Assembly (NCBI GenBank): GCA_951804945.1
Contig: OX638155.1
Location: 29,450,001-29,514,000, forward strand
Length of the DNA: 64,000 bases
Direction of reading: 5' to 3'
Source: Podarcis cretensis
Lineage: Eukaryota
Below the pieces are notes generated by a model. It had not been told where the DNA came from. It searched no databases and saw only the letters and a program-made list of their open reading frames with translations. Shown here piece by piece: positions 25,244 to 38,153 of this stretch. Position 1 is the first letter of the stretch. Each line of letters begins with the position of its first letter. Made by a program: the position numbers and the translations under genes.

Positions 25244-25403
25244 TTTTCGTTTTTCACCATTGATTCCTCTCCACTGTTCTGCCTTTTTCACAATGTAGCT
25301 CAACTCTTGGTTGGAGATTTCCAAGTCAAATGGAACAAATAAAGTTGCCTCATCACTCTGAATCCTTTTGAATATATCCATTAACCAGCCTTCATTGTGC
25401 ATC
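25244..25403 (-). CDS. OFCC1: OFCC1 coding exon (160 nt, phase 2-0): (R)MHNEGWLMDIFKRIQSDEATLFVPFDLEISNQELSYIVKKAEQWRGINGEKRK
   Basis: Acceptor ttttttctgcatttcAG at 25404-25405 and donor AAA|gtgagt at 25238-25243. Lies within ORF 25202..25495. Carries the OFCC1 signature DLEISNQELSYIVKxxEQWRGINGE. Confidence 0.93.
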
Positions 25404-26204
25404 CTGAAATGCAGAAAAAAGAACCCTTCATTACTGTAAAAGCTATACTGCCAAAATCTAGACAAATAAAAAAGAAAATAAGGAAGCAATATCACAATGA
25501 AGTATTATAGTTTAAACAGGTACGCTGAAGTAGGAACCACATCAAACAAAAGAAGAGAAATACCTAGCTCCAATATTATTATTTTTCTCATTCCTTTTAT
25601 TTAAATTCAATTTTTAAAAAATGCATGACCAACAAAACCACTCATGAAGCTTATGATGGTGATGAGTCCTGTCTGTCTCTGGCAAGGACTGGGATGATAA
25701 CTCACAAAATCTCTCAGGGAGCCTTTTTAGTTGTGGCTCCCAGATTGGAGAATGCTGTCCCCAGTGGGTTCTGCTTGATGCCATCTTTAGCTAAAACCTA
25801 TCATCTCTGTGAAATGAATCACGTCAAAATTATACAAATGCCAAATTTGAAAATTTTTGTTCTTTTTCTAGTTGTAAGGAGAGTCAATAAGTCATGCAGC
25901 GAACTGGATCCCCATTCCCTGATAACTGGGATGGGGAAACCTGACTAAAGTTCCTAAGTCAGGCAGATATATGTATTCATTCATTCATTCATTCATTCAA
26001 TCACTCACATCATTATGGTTGGAAGCAGAAATGTTGAACCCTTTTCATTAGGTTGAACCATATCTGCATATGTCTTTCATTCTCCTCCATTTGATCCTTG
26101 ATATCCTAATTGATTTGCAACTAACCTTTGTCAAGGTTAGCTAGACCTGCAGAGGAACTAAACTCTTGGAAGGATCTTGGCTTTGTTCTAATTATCTTAT
26201 GGCA

Positions 26205-26292
26205 CAATTTTGTATATAGATACTTGGATGTAATTTCCATTGAGTTCAATGGAACTTTCTCCTGAGGAACTACACATAGGATTGCAGCCTTA
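26205..26292. repeat. Ancient palindromic repeat (Penelope1_Vert-like)
   Basis: Core ttccattgagttcaatggaa; end cataggattgcagcc. Confidence 0.55.
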
Positions 26293-27482
26293 ATTATCAG
26301 CTTCATTCTAGCCTGTGGGAGGCAAATCTGGTAAATAATCAACAGAAGTAGTTTTGACGGATCAGTTCCACAGTTGGTTATTTGCCATCCAAAACAGGTA
26401 AAGTTTGCAAGTCCTGAGTTAATTTCATGTATAAAAAGCATTTCAGTGAGATTTGTGTTGAAGTGTAAATGGGCAAAAGATGCAAAGTTGATGCATACAA
26501 AAATGTCTATGTGCACATTAAGCCTAAATATCTTAATGTGCAACAAGATACTTCCGTAGCCACTCAGAAATGCATTTATCAATAGACATTTCTGTGCACA
26601 ATAAAACAAAAGTGTTTCTTTTTAAAAATCCAGGTATAATTATATTGTGTGCTTTGTATCTTCCACGGAGCGAAATGCTTGGGAAAGCTTCTGTAACGTA
26701 ACCAGTTTTGTCATGCATGCTTTGGTTTATTATTTTGTTATGAAGAATTTTAAAAGATGCATTGTCCCAATGAAGTACCTTTTTCCCTTTATTGTAAAAC
26801 ATTATGCAAAGATTGATCCAGAAGGGAAAGAATCTTTGATGATCCCACACCTGTTCCCCAGACAATGAAGATGTTCATAATATTCTCATAAAAATCTGCC
26901 TTACAAATGTTTTAATTTAAATTAATTTTCCTGAGTAATAAACGACAGCAGCTAAAACTTATGAAGCCATTTGAAACTATTAAGTCAATGATTAAGAAGG
27001 CATTAACATCTCAAAAACTAATTAACTAGACTACCAGTACATTGGACTTGTGTACAGCTTGCAGGAATGTAGAAGATTTGAATTCCCTTTGTAGGGTTTT
27101 AAATTGCGTATTCCCTCCCCCCACCCCGCTTGATACAATGGCGCTTCTGATAATATAAAGACAGAAATGATTTACTTGTGTGCAAACTATCCATCTCTAG
27201 CAATCTCATTTGCCAGTCTGAAAAAAAACATATATCCATATTGTTTAGCTAGAACACACATTTGTGTTGATATTAGCATTAGCTTCATTCCCCGCGCCCC
27301 ACCAGAGCTGATCTGTGCAAGGGTTCCACTCTTGATTTTCCCCATTCTACTTTCAATGAAGAGAAAGAGAGAGAAACATTCATGTAATGTTAAACCATGC
27401 ACAGTTCCACACCCACCTTAAAAAAGGAAGTTCAGGTCAATGGGAACCTAATAGAGTGGATTAGCATTCTAAGGACAACTTA

Positions 27483-27845
27483 AAGGTAAAGGTAAAGGTA
27501 CCCCTGCCCGTACGGGCCAGTCTTGACAGACTCTGGGGTTGTGCGCCCATCTCACTTAAGAGGCCAGGGGCCAGCGCTGTCCGGAGACACTTCCGGGTCA
27601 CGTGGCCAGCGTGACATCGCTGCTCTGGCGAGCCAGAGCCGCACACGGAAACGCCGTTTACCTTCCCGCTGGTAAGCGGTCCCTATTTATCTACTTGCAC
27701 CCGGAGGTGCTTTCGAACTGCTAGGTTGGCAGGCGCTGGGACCGAGCAGCGGGAGCGCACCCCGCCGCAGGGATTCGAACCGCCGACCTTTCGATCGGCA
27801 AGCCCTAGGCGCTGAGGCTTTAACCCACAGCGCCACCTGCGTCCC
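27483..27845 (-). mobile_element. Sauria SINE, young subfamily II
   Basis: (ACCTTT)n tail, intact CpGs, 13-bp TSD taaggacaactta. Confidence 0.97.
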
Positions 27846-28781
27846 ATAAGGACAACTTAGGATGGTTATTTATGAGCTAAATCTAGGCACCAAATCACTT
27901 GCCATAAGCTTTGGCGAACAGACCGTACTCATCAATTGCACTGATATTATGCCCATTGGTTTACAACTGGTTCACGGTTGATTCACTATCTGGGCTCTGT
28001 TTGCATTTCATGCATACAAATGGACAAAGGTTGTATCCAGTTGAGTCATACACAGAGAAGATCCCCTGAAATCAGTGGATGCAACTAGTCAGTTGATTTC
28101 AGTGAGTCTCCTGGGAATGTGACTTAGCCAGGTACAACCCAAATAGTATTCGTAACTAGTTCTGTGCCCAGCAGTCTATAAATCCAACCCGCCCCCTTGC
28201 ACCGAGGTGGAGGAGAGGTGGATTGGGCAGAGCTAGTGCAGTTTCCCCTTCTGTCTACTAAATGTGCAGGCAGGTGGAAGTGCTACTAGCATGATCATGA
28301 AATGTGGCATTCTGGAATTGGGTAGAGGTCTACTGGATATTGAGCTAGTCCCCGTACCCTCGCATGATGTCAGTGGGCCTCACTGCTATCCCAGTTCCAA
28401 GCTGGTTCAGCAATTATCCTGGCCCCCACCTTCTGCCCCAGCTGGCTGATGGCTGGGGTTTGGATAGTCCCCTAAATTAGCCCCAAAAAGTATTAGACTA
28501 CAACATGTTTCACAGCCCTCCTGCATGCCATCAGTAGCCTGAAATGGGGCAGGAGGGAAAAGCACATTGTGGCTGTTATTCTTAATCACTCCAGGTAAAC
28601 AGCTGTTTACAGGCCTGAATTTGATCTTAAAGCAAGTTTAAGAAGCTCTCTCTCTCAGTACATTTGCTACACCAAATCCGGCATCTTGTGGCATTTTGTT
28701 TGATGAAATCATGGCAGGCCATTTGGGTACAGAGGGAAGAATCTTACATTTTGAAATAGTGAAAAAGGAAGAAGAGCTTAC

Positions 28782-28930
28782 CTCATTAAATACAGGTACA
28801 GGGATGTAGACGAAATGAGAAACAGCATTGTGTAAAGCAGTAGGGTGATCAATATGCCCAGAATGCCAGATTCTTCAATTCTTAAAAAAAGCCAGTACAT
28901 CTTGGCACAGTCAGCAATGGGTTTGCCTGG
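28782..28930 (-). CDS. OFCC1: OFCC1 coding exon, visible part (5' end in N-gap): PGKPIADCAKMYWLFLRIEESGILGILITLLLYTMLFLISSTSLYLYLM(R)
   Basis: Donor AG|gtaagc at 28776-28781; phase 2 matches the next exon. Hydrophobic TM-like segment. The acceptor and about 5 codons are inferred to lie in gap 28931-29062. Confidence 0.9.
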
Positions 28931-29062
28931 NNNNNNNNNNNNNNNNNNNNNNNNNNNNNNNNNNNNNNNNNNNNNNNNNNNNNNNNNNNNNNNNNNNNNN
29001 NNNNNNNNNNNNNNNNNNNNNNNNNNNNNNNNNNNNNNNNNNNNNNNNNNNNNNNNNNNNNN
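28931..29062. other. Assembly gap (132 N) overlapping an OFCC1 exon start
   Basis: Run of N abutting the coding frame. Confidence 1.
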
Positions 29063-29775
29063 TATCATTTCTACTTCATTGTGCATGGTGGTTCACAGGG
29101 ATAGTTAAAGTCTGACAGCAACACTAAAGCGACATGACACTGTAGTAGGTGGTTTCTCTCACCTGTTGCTGGAGGAGTTGTCCATATTTAGGACTGAGAA
29201 GCTGTGCAATTGCTATGAGCTTGACCACTCAGTGTTTCAATTGTCTGACTTGAAAAGAAACTATATACTGTCTGATAACCAATACTATGGCCCAAAGGCC
29301 GAAACAACCCCATCTCGCCCCTGTGGGCCACTTTACAGAACACAAAAAGAAGGGCCCTTTCAGTGATTTTCAGTGTGGTCAGGTGATTTAGCCTCGTTTT
29401 GCTGGCATGTGCCATTCCACTGTCCCTGAATACCCCCAGAATGACACACCAATGTGATGTAGCATCACTGCATGGCACTCAGGAGGGGAAATGTCAATAG
29501 CAGCCAAATGGAGGCCAGAGGAGTTGCAGTGACTGCAGGAGTGGCTTGCAGGTGTGTCCAGGTGCATGGACAGGAGTACGTAGTTGGCTCTGGAAGTGCA
29601 CCCTGAGCTTGCGCCTCCCCCTCACTGTAAGCAGCAGCGACACCCTTGCTGGGAGGCTGTTACTGCAGCTCCACCCCACCTGGGGAGAGACACTCCTGGG
29701 AGAGTGTCACAAATCACACTACAAACATGCAAAAAGGGGGGAGCAATTTCACCCTCTCTTTAACCACTGCAAATA

Positions 29776-30027
29776 CAGTCATACCTCTTGTTACGTTTGC
29801 TTCAGGTTGAATCTTTTAAGGTTGCGTCCCACGGCGACCCAGAAGTAACGGAATGGGTTACTTCTGGGTTTTGCCACTTGCGCATGCACTGATGCTCAGA
29901 ATGACGTCACGTGCATGCACAGACACAGCGAATCATGACCCGCACACATGCAGACGTGGGTTGCGTTCTGTTCATGATGCGAACAGGGCTCCGGAACTGA
30001 TCCCGTTCACATCCAGAGGTACCACTG
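29776..30027. mobile_element. Tigger/pogo-like MITE
   Basis: TA-cagtcatacctc ... gaggtaccactg-TA. Confidence 0.82.
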
Positions 30028-33000
30028 TACTGATCTGATAACTTTTGCCCCAGTCCTCCTAAAAAGCCAGTACAGATTCTGTCAGGCTCAGCCTCTGAAT
30101 CACTAGATTCTATCTTAGGTGTATTCCTGACCTGCCAAGTTTTGCCTTGGCCCTGTTTGGAGGGCCTGCATTTTCAAAACCAATCATTCTCTTTATTTTA
30201 TTATTTCTGGGCCACCCTTGATTTTACATAACAGTCCCAGAATGCTTTCCAACATAATCTATAAAACAGAATATATATAATAAAGCCAAGCAATATTATA
30301 TAATCACATTGGCGCCTAATTATTTATGGAGGAAACAGAACCTCAGATATTTGCAGTTTCTGCTTCATACTGTTTATTATCACATGTCATTGCTTTTCTT
30401 TGTTGTGTTTTTTAAGTGCACTGTCAAGTGATCTGTACTTTCCCCTTTAATAATAATTTTTTAAAAATGAAAGTGAGTCAACATGGGTCCCTATTTTCCA
30501 GGGCTATCAATCTGTCAACTTTCATAAGCACTAAGTCCACTTAGAATTTTTTAAAAAGATATTAGATCATTAAAATAACTCATGTCACATTACCACAACA
30601 TAACATTTTAAAATGCTTGATCTAAAATAAATTGATTGGCAAGTAAATCTGAAATAGCAGCTGAAGGAATGCCAACGGCGGGAAGCAAAATTGCAAGTAC
30701 AAATATGGAAAACACATGTAAGGGATTCAGTTTCATTCTGAAATGGGATATGCCCCTTTTGCGTGGCATTCAGTCAAATGCGTTCCTTGTGCAGGTAGTT
30801 TTGGTGGGAAATATTGGCAATTTTCAACGCAGAGCATGATGTTATTTTTCAGAACTTCTCTTATCCAAGTCAAATTAGAAGTGGTCACAGACATTCAATG
30901 CTCAGATCTGTTTCTGCCTGAACTTGCTGCAGAGGATGGCAATTTATCCAAATTCATCTCATCATCTTCTTTAACCAGAAGCAGGGGCTCTGATGTTCTG
31001 CTAAGTGTTTAATGCATGTTTGAGCAAACACAATATCTATAGGGCGAAACCTGGCCTGTTGACATCAACAGCAATTTGAAAAGATGTGGCCCAGTATTTC
31101 CCCAGTAATTCGGCAAAGAATGTTTTGGGGTTTTTTGATGGCGCTTATTATCAACATGTGTAGGTCTTAGCAGTTCAAGAATCTGCTAGCTAAACCTGGT
31201 TCCCAGGGTATAGGATGCTGCTGCTTTGTCCTGACTGCCTGGTTTAAGATGTGCATTGCTAAGGCTCCACCACAGACTCAGGCAGTTAGTGGAGGGAGGC
31301 AACTGGCAAGCTGAGCTGAGAGTCCTGGGGAAAATCTGGCCCCCTCCCCCCAAAAAAGTTAATAAAACAAATTTTTCTTTCTAATTCCTTCCCTATCCTG
31401 AAAGCACTATTCATACATTACCTGCATGCAGAATACACCCAGTTTCAAGCTGGAGCAGGGCTGCACTCACATCCCACCCCTAACCCCAAACTACTGTGCT
31501 AGTTCTGCCCTTTGAGTAGCTGCTGGTACGTGCAAACTCCTTTGTGCCAGCAGATATTCAAAAATAGCCATGGTTAGATGTTCCAGTCATGTGGAGCATC
31601 TGTGCATGAGCAACTGTTTGCACAAAGGCTGGTGTCCCCAGACAGACAACCATGCTCAACAAGAGAATGGGTTTTTTTCTGTGGTAGCCCTAGAAAGGCC
31701 TGCTTTGGCATCTTCCAGGTGCCATTATGCAGATACATATTTTATCCTCCTGGACATTTGGACAGTGCTGATGGTCAGGCTTTTGGTATTCATTCTACAT
31801 GGAAGGCATGGACATTCCATGCTGTTTTAGGTGACTTTTTATTATTTTATTGGCTTTTTAAATGGACTTCACTTTGTGAAGTGAGATGCAAATAAACCAA
31901 AAACTTGCAGTCATTGGGGGGGAAGTGCTGGTACCCATGGAGGCTGGTCCATTAAGGTGACTGGATCATGGCCCCACCAACCTCAGCCTGTGCTAAGCCA
32001 ACCTCCATCTTACTTGAAACCAGACTAGGGGGTGAGACTGCAAGTCAGTTTCCTCCTTCTTAGTCTCAGGGTTGCTCTTTTAAAACTGAGCAGGGAGCAG
32101 GATGGGGACCAAATTAGCTGCCTCCGCTTACCATTGGTCTCCTTGCCTCCCACCATACCGATCCTGCAAGGGCACCAGTGTCTAGGGCAACAATGGTTGT
32201 GCATGTGAAAAGAGAGGCCTTGATGCAGCTTGAAACTGTGAGTGCTTTGCACAAGAGTAATGTGTGAATTAGGGCTAAAACCATCCAAGCTTGGTCCATT
32301 CCACTGGCCAATTCTCTTCCTCCTGAAAGCATTGGAAAGGGCTACTTTTGCTTCAGTTCACATATTGCCTTGGGGGCACCTCCTTTCTGCATAGTAGAGG
32401 AGCAGATGCATCCACAGCCTCATGCAATTAGTGCCCACTTCTATGCTCCTTCTCCCTTAAAAGAGAGGGGAGAAATAGCACAACCGGGCCCTCCATACAA
32501 GCATCCGGTGGCATTGTGCATAGAACCTTACTTCCCCACTTGCAAAAAGGCAGTACCAATATAATGCCTAAAAAAGTTGTAGACATGAGTGAGAGCAAAG
32601 GTTTGGCATCACAACTGTCAAAGTTTTTATTAAAAACCCCACACTTTTTCTACACATTTTATGCCATGCAGCTATTGCTTTGGGGGAGGGGGTCGGGAGA
32701 CAGAAGTTATACTACATTATTTTTAGTTCACTTCTTTAAAAATATTCCTTAGCTTTCCTGTGATATTGCCGTCATCTCTAAAGTTGCTGCAATTGTCAGA
32801 GCATTTCACTTTAAAGTTTTTTTAAAAAAATCTATGTTTTTGGTTTTAGTTTTATTTATTGGGAAGCAGTGGGAACAAGGGAGATCATATGTCTTACCAT
32901 CAAAACTGTGATTAATAACATAAAATTTTCTAATTTTTTATTTTTTGGGGGGAAAGAAGACAACTTTTGTATGCTGTCGCCAGGGGTGGAATTTCATATC

Positions 33001-33072
33001 ATTTGATGAGTCATTGAAGAAAACAAACTTTTACATCAAGGACTCATATCAAAGTTATTTTAAGTGACTTAC

Positions 33073-33325
33073 CCCCAGGAAGGCATCCACTACAAACACT
33101 GCCAAAGGGTCTAGCATTGTCCACAGTCCCCAAGCAATGATCAGCTTTGACAAGTAAGAAGGGAATGAGCCAAACAACAGCTGACAGCCCCATCTCATCA
33201 GAACCATAAGAAGCATCACTGTGTTCAAGGTCAAAGGTCCCACCACAATCATGGCCAACTCTTCACTAGTGCGTACCAAAGAGTTCTGGTAGCACAAATC
33301 CACCGTATGAGGATAGAACTGGAAT
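33073..33325 (-). CDS. OFCC1: OFCC1 coding exon (253 nt, phase 2-0): (K)FQFYPHTVDLCYQNSLVRTSEELAMIVVGPLTLNTVMLLMVLMRWGCQLLFGSFPSYLSKLIIAWGLWTMLDPLAVFVVDAFLG
   Basis: Strong acceptor cctcttttatttctAG at 33326-33327 and donor GGG|gtaagt at 33067-33072. Open frame; OFCC1 motifs RWGCQLLF and GLWTxLDPLAVF. Confidence 0.93.
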
Positions 33326-34710
33326 CTAGAAATAAAAGAGGAAGCAGAGGGTTCGAGAGACAAGTAGGTTATCTTACTTGATGGGTATACATCACTTACA
33401 CAGTTATTTATGTTGTGCATTTTAATAAGAAAGCAGCTGAAAGATGTATCTCATTGTGCCTCTCCAGTGATGAAAGGTTGCTTTGATCCAGCAGAGTGGA
33501 AGGGGGATATGATTTCTCCCTCTGCAGGCCTCTTATCTGCTTATGAGGGCTGGGGGAGCTTCAGAATGACATTGAAAATGACACAGGAGAATGGGAATGT
33601 TACAGAAATCACATCTCTGTGTTTTCACTCCATGCATCCTCAGGAACAAAGAACCTCCTATAGGTGGAGGAACACCAATACAACTCTGGATTTGTTATCC
33701 AATCATAACTGAACAGAATTTGGGTGTGGGTTTTTTAACACACACACACACACATGTGCCTCTTAAGGCACACTCAGAAAAAGTGTCCTGGAAATCAGTG
33801 GGGCCATGTAGGTATCTAGTGCTCTTTCAGAAGGAACGTCTTTCACCCCTCTCTTAGCAGAGTGAGTAAATTTATCTCCCAAGCCTTGACATCAAGACAT
33901 TCTGTTCTATGGGAGCTGTGGTCCTATTGTTCTGTTTTGAGCAGTGGTATGTTGTGACCCTGCAAGGCAAGGTTTCAGTGGAAACCCTGGACAGCTCCTT
34001 GCAAGTCTTAGACTGCAGAGTTGAAATACTGCTTCAGCAGCAGTCATCATGAAACTGAACTTTAAGTAGGAGCTGCAGCTTTATCTCAGTAGCCAGATTC
34101 ATCTTCCATGATAGCAGTCATTGATTCTGACATAGTGGGGGAGACTGCGGTTCCACTAGCGCTTCTAAGCTGGAGTCAGAGGACTTCTTCAGGCTGGAGA
34201 GGTACTAGTACTTTTGCATGTACACCTAGGGCTGGACCAGAGGGCAATTCCCATTATCATTCCAAATACCTGGTCTCATCCCCTGAATTAGGAGAGTCTG
34301 GCCCCAAGGTCATGACACTAACCAAAAGTCATGACCAAAGGGAGAAAAAATCCAGAACTGTGAAAGATATCAAAACATCAAGTATAGGATTTGCTGCCTG
34401 AATGTATGTTTCAGAACAGACCAAAAGTTTTAAGCTCTTTGCCTATTGGCTAGTCTTTCTTTCAGTAGTGTGGGAAGAAAACAGAGACTGAATGAGATGC
34501 CTATAAGATACTTCTGCTGTCAGCTTTCACAGATAGTCCCCACCACCATTCCAATCTTCACAATTAACCAAGTGAATGGGACGTAAGTAAGAGTGTGGCT
34601 GGTTGCCTATAGACCCAAAGGTGATGCAAACGTTATTGCGCCTCTCTTTTTGTGACATTATGTAGCATAGTGCTATGTTTTCCAAAACGTAACTTCATTT
34701 CCATACTTAC

Positions 34711-34929
34711 TTCGTGACAGGAACTGAAATAGCATGAAGTAAGACCCACTGGCTGAAATAATGAAGATACAGTCGGGCAAACCAGAGCAAAACTACTAGC
34801 AGCATAATAGACCACAGATCCCAGGAATACCAGTGTCCCCTTCCCAGTTCAGAAATGATGGCATATACACCAAAGTAGAGGTGCTTTGTGATGCTTGTGG
34901 ACACTCTGGTTTCAACCGCAGGATGGCAG
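34711..34929 (-). CDS. OFCC1: OFCC1 coding exon (219 nt, phase 2-2): CHPAVETRVSTSITKHLYFGVYAIISELGRGHWYSWDLWSIMLLVVLLWFARLYLHYFSQWVLLHAISVPVT(K)
   Basis: Acceptor tctgccattgcAG at 34930-34931 and donor AA|gtaagt at 34705-34710. AA+A of the next exon gives Lys. OFCC1 motif LWFxRLYLHY...ISVPVTK. Confidence 0.92.
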
Positions 34930-35359
34930 CTGCAATGGCAGAGATAGGAAAGACAATGCAATGAACATAGTCAAACACAATGGACTCTTACCATAAATAT
35001 GAATGTGCACATTGTTTGTCAATGCCTTATGTACTTTGTATCAGTGCTGGATTAAACCCTGTGGAGGTCCCTAGGCAGTCGAAATCTCGGGAGTGGGTGT
35101 AATTTTCTTTCAATATCAAATCAATATTATTTTGATCTGTTGTTGTGGAGCTGCTAAATGGCGTGAGGCCCATAGCCCAGTGCCAACTCTGCCTATCTGA
35201 CAAGCCAGCACTGCTTTGTATTTGAAGTAGTCTGCTCAACTGTATTTAGAGCACAGAACAGAACAAGGAGTTGCTAATTACAGAAAGAGAGGTGTCAAGG
35301 GTCTCACCTACACGGAAGATAAACTCTGCATCTGAGACGCCATTTGCCTGTTCTTAGGT

Positions 35360-35832
35360 GACATCACCTTGCCAACAAAGGTCCGTATAGTTAAAGCTAT
35401 GGTTTTCCCAGTAGTGATGTATGAAAGTGAGAGATGGACCATAAAGAAGGCAATTCACCAAAGAATTGATGCTTTTGAATTATGGTGCTGGAGGCGACTC
35501 TTGAGAGTCCCATGGACTGAAAGAAGATCAAACATCTCCATTCTTAAGGAAATCAGCCCTGAGTGCTCACTGGAAGGACAGATCCTGAAGCTGAGGCTCC
35601 AATACTCTGGCCACCTCATGAGAAGAGAAGACTCCCTGGAAAAAACCCTGATGTTGGGAAAGATGGAGGGCACAAGGAGAAGGGGACGACAGAGGACGAG
35701 ATGGTTGGACAGTGTTCTCGAAGCTACCAGCATGAGTTTGACCAAACTGCGGGAGGCAGTGGAAGACAGGAGTGCCTGGCGTGCTCTGGTCCATGGGGTT
35801 ACGAAGAGTCGGACACGACTAAACAACAACAA
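35360..35832 (+). mobile_element. Bov-B LINE 3' fragment
   Basis: ORF 35369..35905 PTKVRIVKAMVFPVVMY...RIDAFELWCWRRLLRVPW: Bov-B C-terminus with (CAA)n tail. Confidence 0.97.
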
Positions 35833-37765
35833 GGCGATTGACAAAGGTGGCTGCCAAGGATGGCAGTGGGTGAGGAATGAGTGGGTACATAACCAAACAG
35901 TCTAAGCCTGAAAATGCACTGTGTGACACTTTGTTAGCAGTATGCAGAAGGACAGAAGGAAACCATCAAGAGGAGGAACAACTCGCATGGTGAGGCTATG
36001 CTGCTCACCTGACCTCCATCTGGCTGCAATGCTGCTGTAGACTGGGACAGAGCAGGGGAAGGAGAGGTGGCAGCAAGGTTGCATGGGGCAAGTGTGCTGA
36101 CAGAGTCAATCCGGTGTTCCTGTTGGTGCACTTGCATCATGCTGACCCCACTGCCACCTTGCCCATATAGCTTGTTCTTTTGTGGTGTGCAGCAGCAATG
36201 CAGATAGAGGGAGGTCAGGAGAGCCATGCTGCTTGCTATTGAAGAGGGGAACAGAGGCCCCATCAACGCATACAGAGCTTCATGCCTCTAAAACTAATAT
36301 TCAAAATTATAATTAATGGTAGTAATAAAATAAATGAATGAAGATTTCACAAATGCAAGCCTGTTATAAAAGGGCACTTATAAAAAGCAGTAGATAGAAG
36401 ATTGTTCATCATAAAACAAGAGATAACATTGGGAAGCTTTGGCTAGTCAGCTGTTGTTTGATCTTTTAAAGGTTTATTACAACAAAATTTGCCGTTGGTT
36501 AAAAATTAAGCCACCACAGTTTTAAAACCCCGAAACAAATTAATTAATGCTTATAATGATGCAAAAGCACACACAAAAAAACCTTTTGGAAGAGTTCAGG
36601 ATCTCTTTAATTACATAGCTTATTTCTTCTCTGTATTAGCAATAAGGCCCATTTCAGAAGGGAATAATTGTGCCAGCGCTATAGTATAGATTTTTGTTTC
36701 ACAATCAATGAGTTAAGTGTTTAATGGTTCTATGATGCTCATTGGCCCATTTTTATATATAAACCAGCGTGAGAGCTGCTCTGAAACTGGCTGTCATAGG
36801 AGAGAGAAAGCAGAAAGGAAGTTGCACTGTGCAATCATTTACTGCTCAATGTGGTGTGATCTGCCCTTTAGTTAATTACTCTGCTTCTTCAAAGCAAAGA
36901 AAAAAGGCAGGCGAACAGATGCAAGCTTGGCATTATGTCTGCAAGAAACTGGGAAATCTTTGCTGATTCAAAGCTGAAAAGACAGTCGCTTCTTTGACCT
37001 TTGGAAACTTCTAACTGTTGTGCATATCTCCATTGATTAAAATGACTAAGCAGCTCAGGCTGCCAAGCAGGATGTCAACACACTTGTAGCATTATTTTTA
37101 TATTGGTGCTGTACTTTGAACATTCAAAAAGCCTAAAGGTCTTGCTATTGAAGCATGCGGGGAATGCTGCTGTTGCTGCTGTTGCTGTTTTCAAAAGTAT
37201 CCTATGAAGACACGCAATAACCAGTGATCCCTATTTATTTAACCCAATTTCTTGACATGCACAAATCTTTCCCCCTAAAAAGAAGAACAATGGTGTGCTC
37301 TGTCCCTTCTGACTTTGGTTCGCAACAGAGGGCTTCTCACGTATCACAGGGGTGAATACTGCCAACGCAAGCTTGGAAAATGAGCACCACTCCCATCAAG
37401 TAGCCTAGCTATGGCTGACCTAAGATAGCATCACCAATGCATGCTGGCTGGTCAGGAGAGGAACTGATCCTGCACCACCACTGGATGGGCCAGAGAACAA
37501 CAGCTGTTAGATGATAGAGGAAGGAGGTGGGGGAGTTAAAGGGAAGCACCAGATGCAGGGAGAGGGGACTTCTAAGTGCACATAGAAGTAGCCCAGACTC
37601 ATCCTCTTGATAATAGGGTCACTGCTGTTTACCTGGATGAAGCAAGGTGGTAACAGGTATAGGTGCAGGCTGCCATTGTGGCTGGGGTGCCTTTGCATGG
37701 CTTAGGCTGCTGTGGGTACTTTGTCCATCCCTTGATACGTCATATCTGCCACAGCATGCCTTAGT

Positions 37766-38130
37766 AAAGGTAAAGGTAAAGGTACCCCTGCCCATACGGG
37801 CCAGTCTTGACAGACTCTGGGGTTGTGCGCCCATCTCACTTAAGAGGCCAGGGGCCAGCGCTGTCCGGAGACACTTCCGGGTCACGTGGCCAGCGTGACG
37901 AAGCTGCATCTGGCGAGCCAGAGCCGCACACGGAAACGCCGTTTACCTTCCCGCTGGTAAGCGGTCCCTATTTATCTACTTGCACCCGGAGGTGCTTTCG
38001 AACTGCTAGGTTGGCAGGCGCTGGGACCGAGCAGCGGGAGCGCACCCCGCCGCAGGGATTCGAACCGCCGACCTTTCGATCGGCAAGCCCTAGGCGCTGA
38101 GGCTTTAACCCACAGCGCCACCTGCGTCCC
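37766..38130 (-). mobile_element. Sauria SINE, subfamily II variant
   Basis: 15-bp TSD acagcatgccttagt (37751-37765 and 38132-38146). Confidence 0.97.
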
Positions 38131-38153
38131 TACAGCATGCCTTAGTTGCATGT

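Noticed and set aside
27461-27646. Recurring peptides such as HAGHVTRKCLRTALAPG and RGFEPPTF
   Set aside because: Chance frames in Sauria SINE copies.
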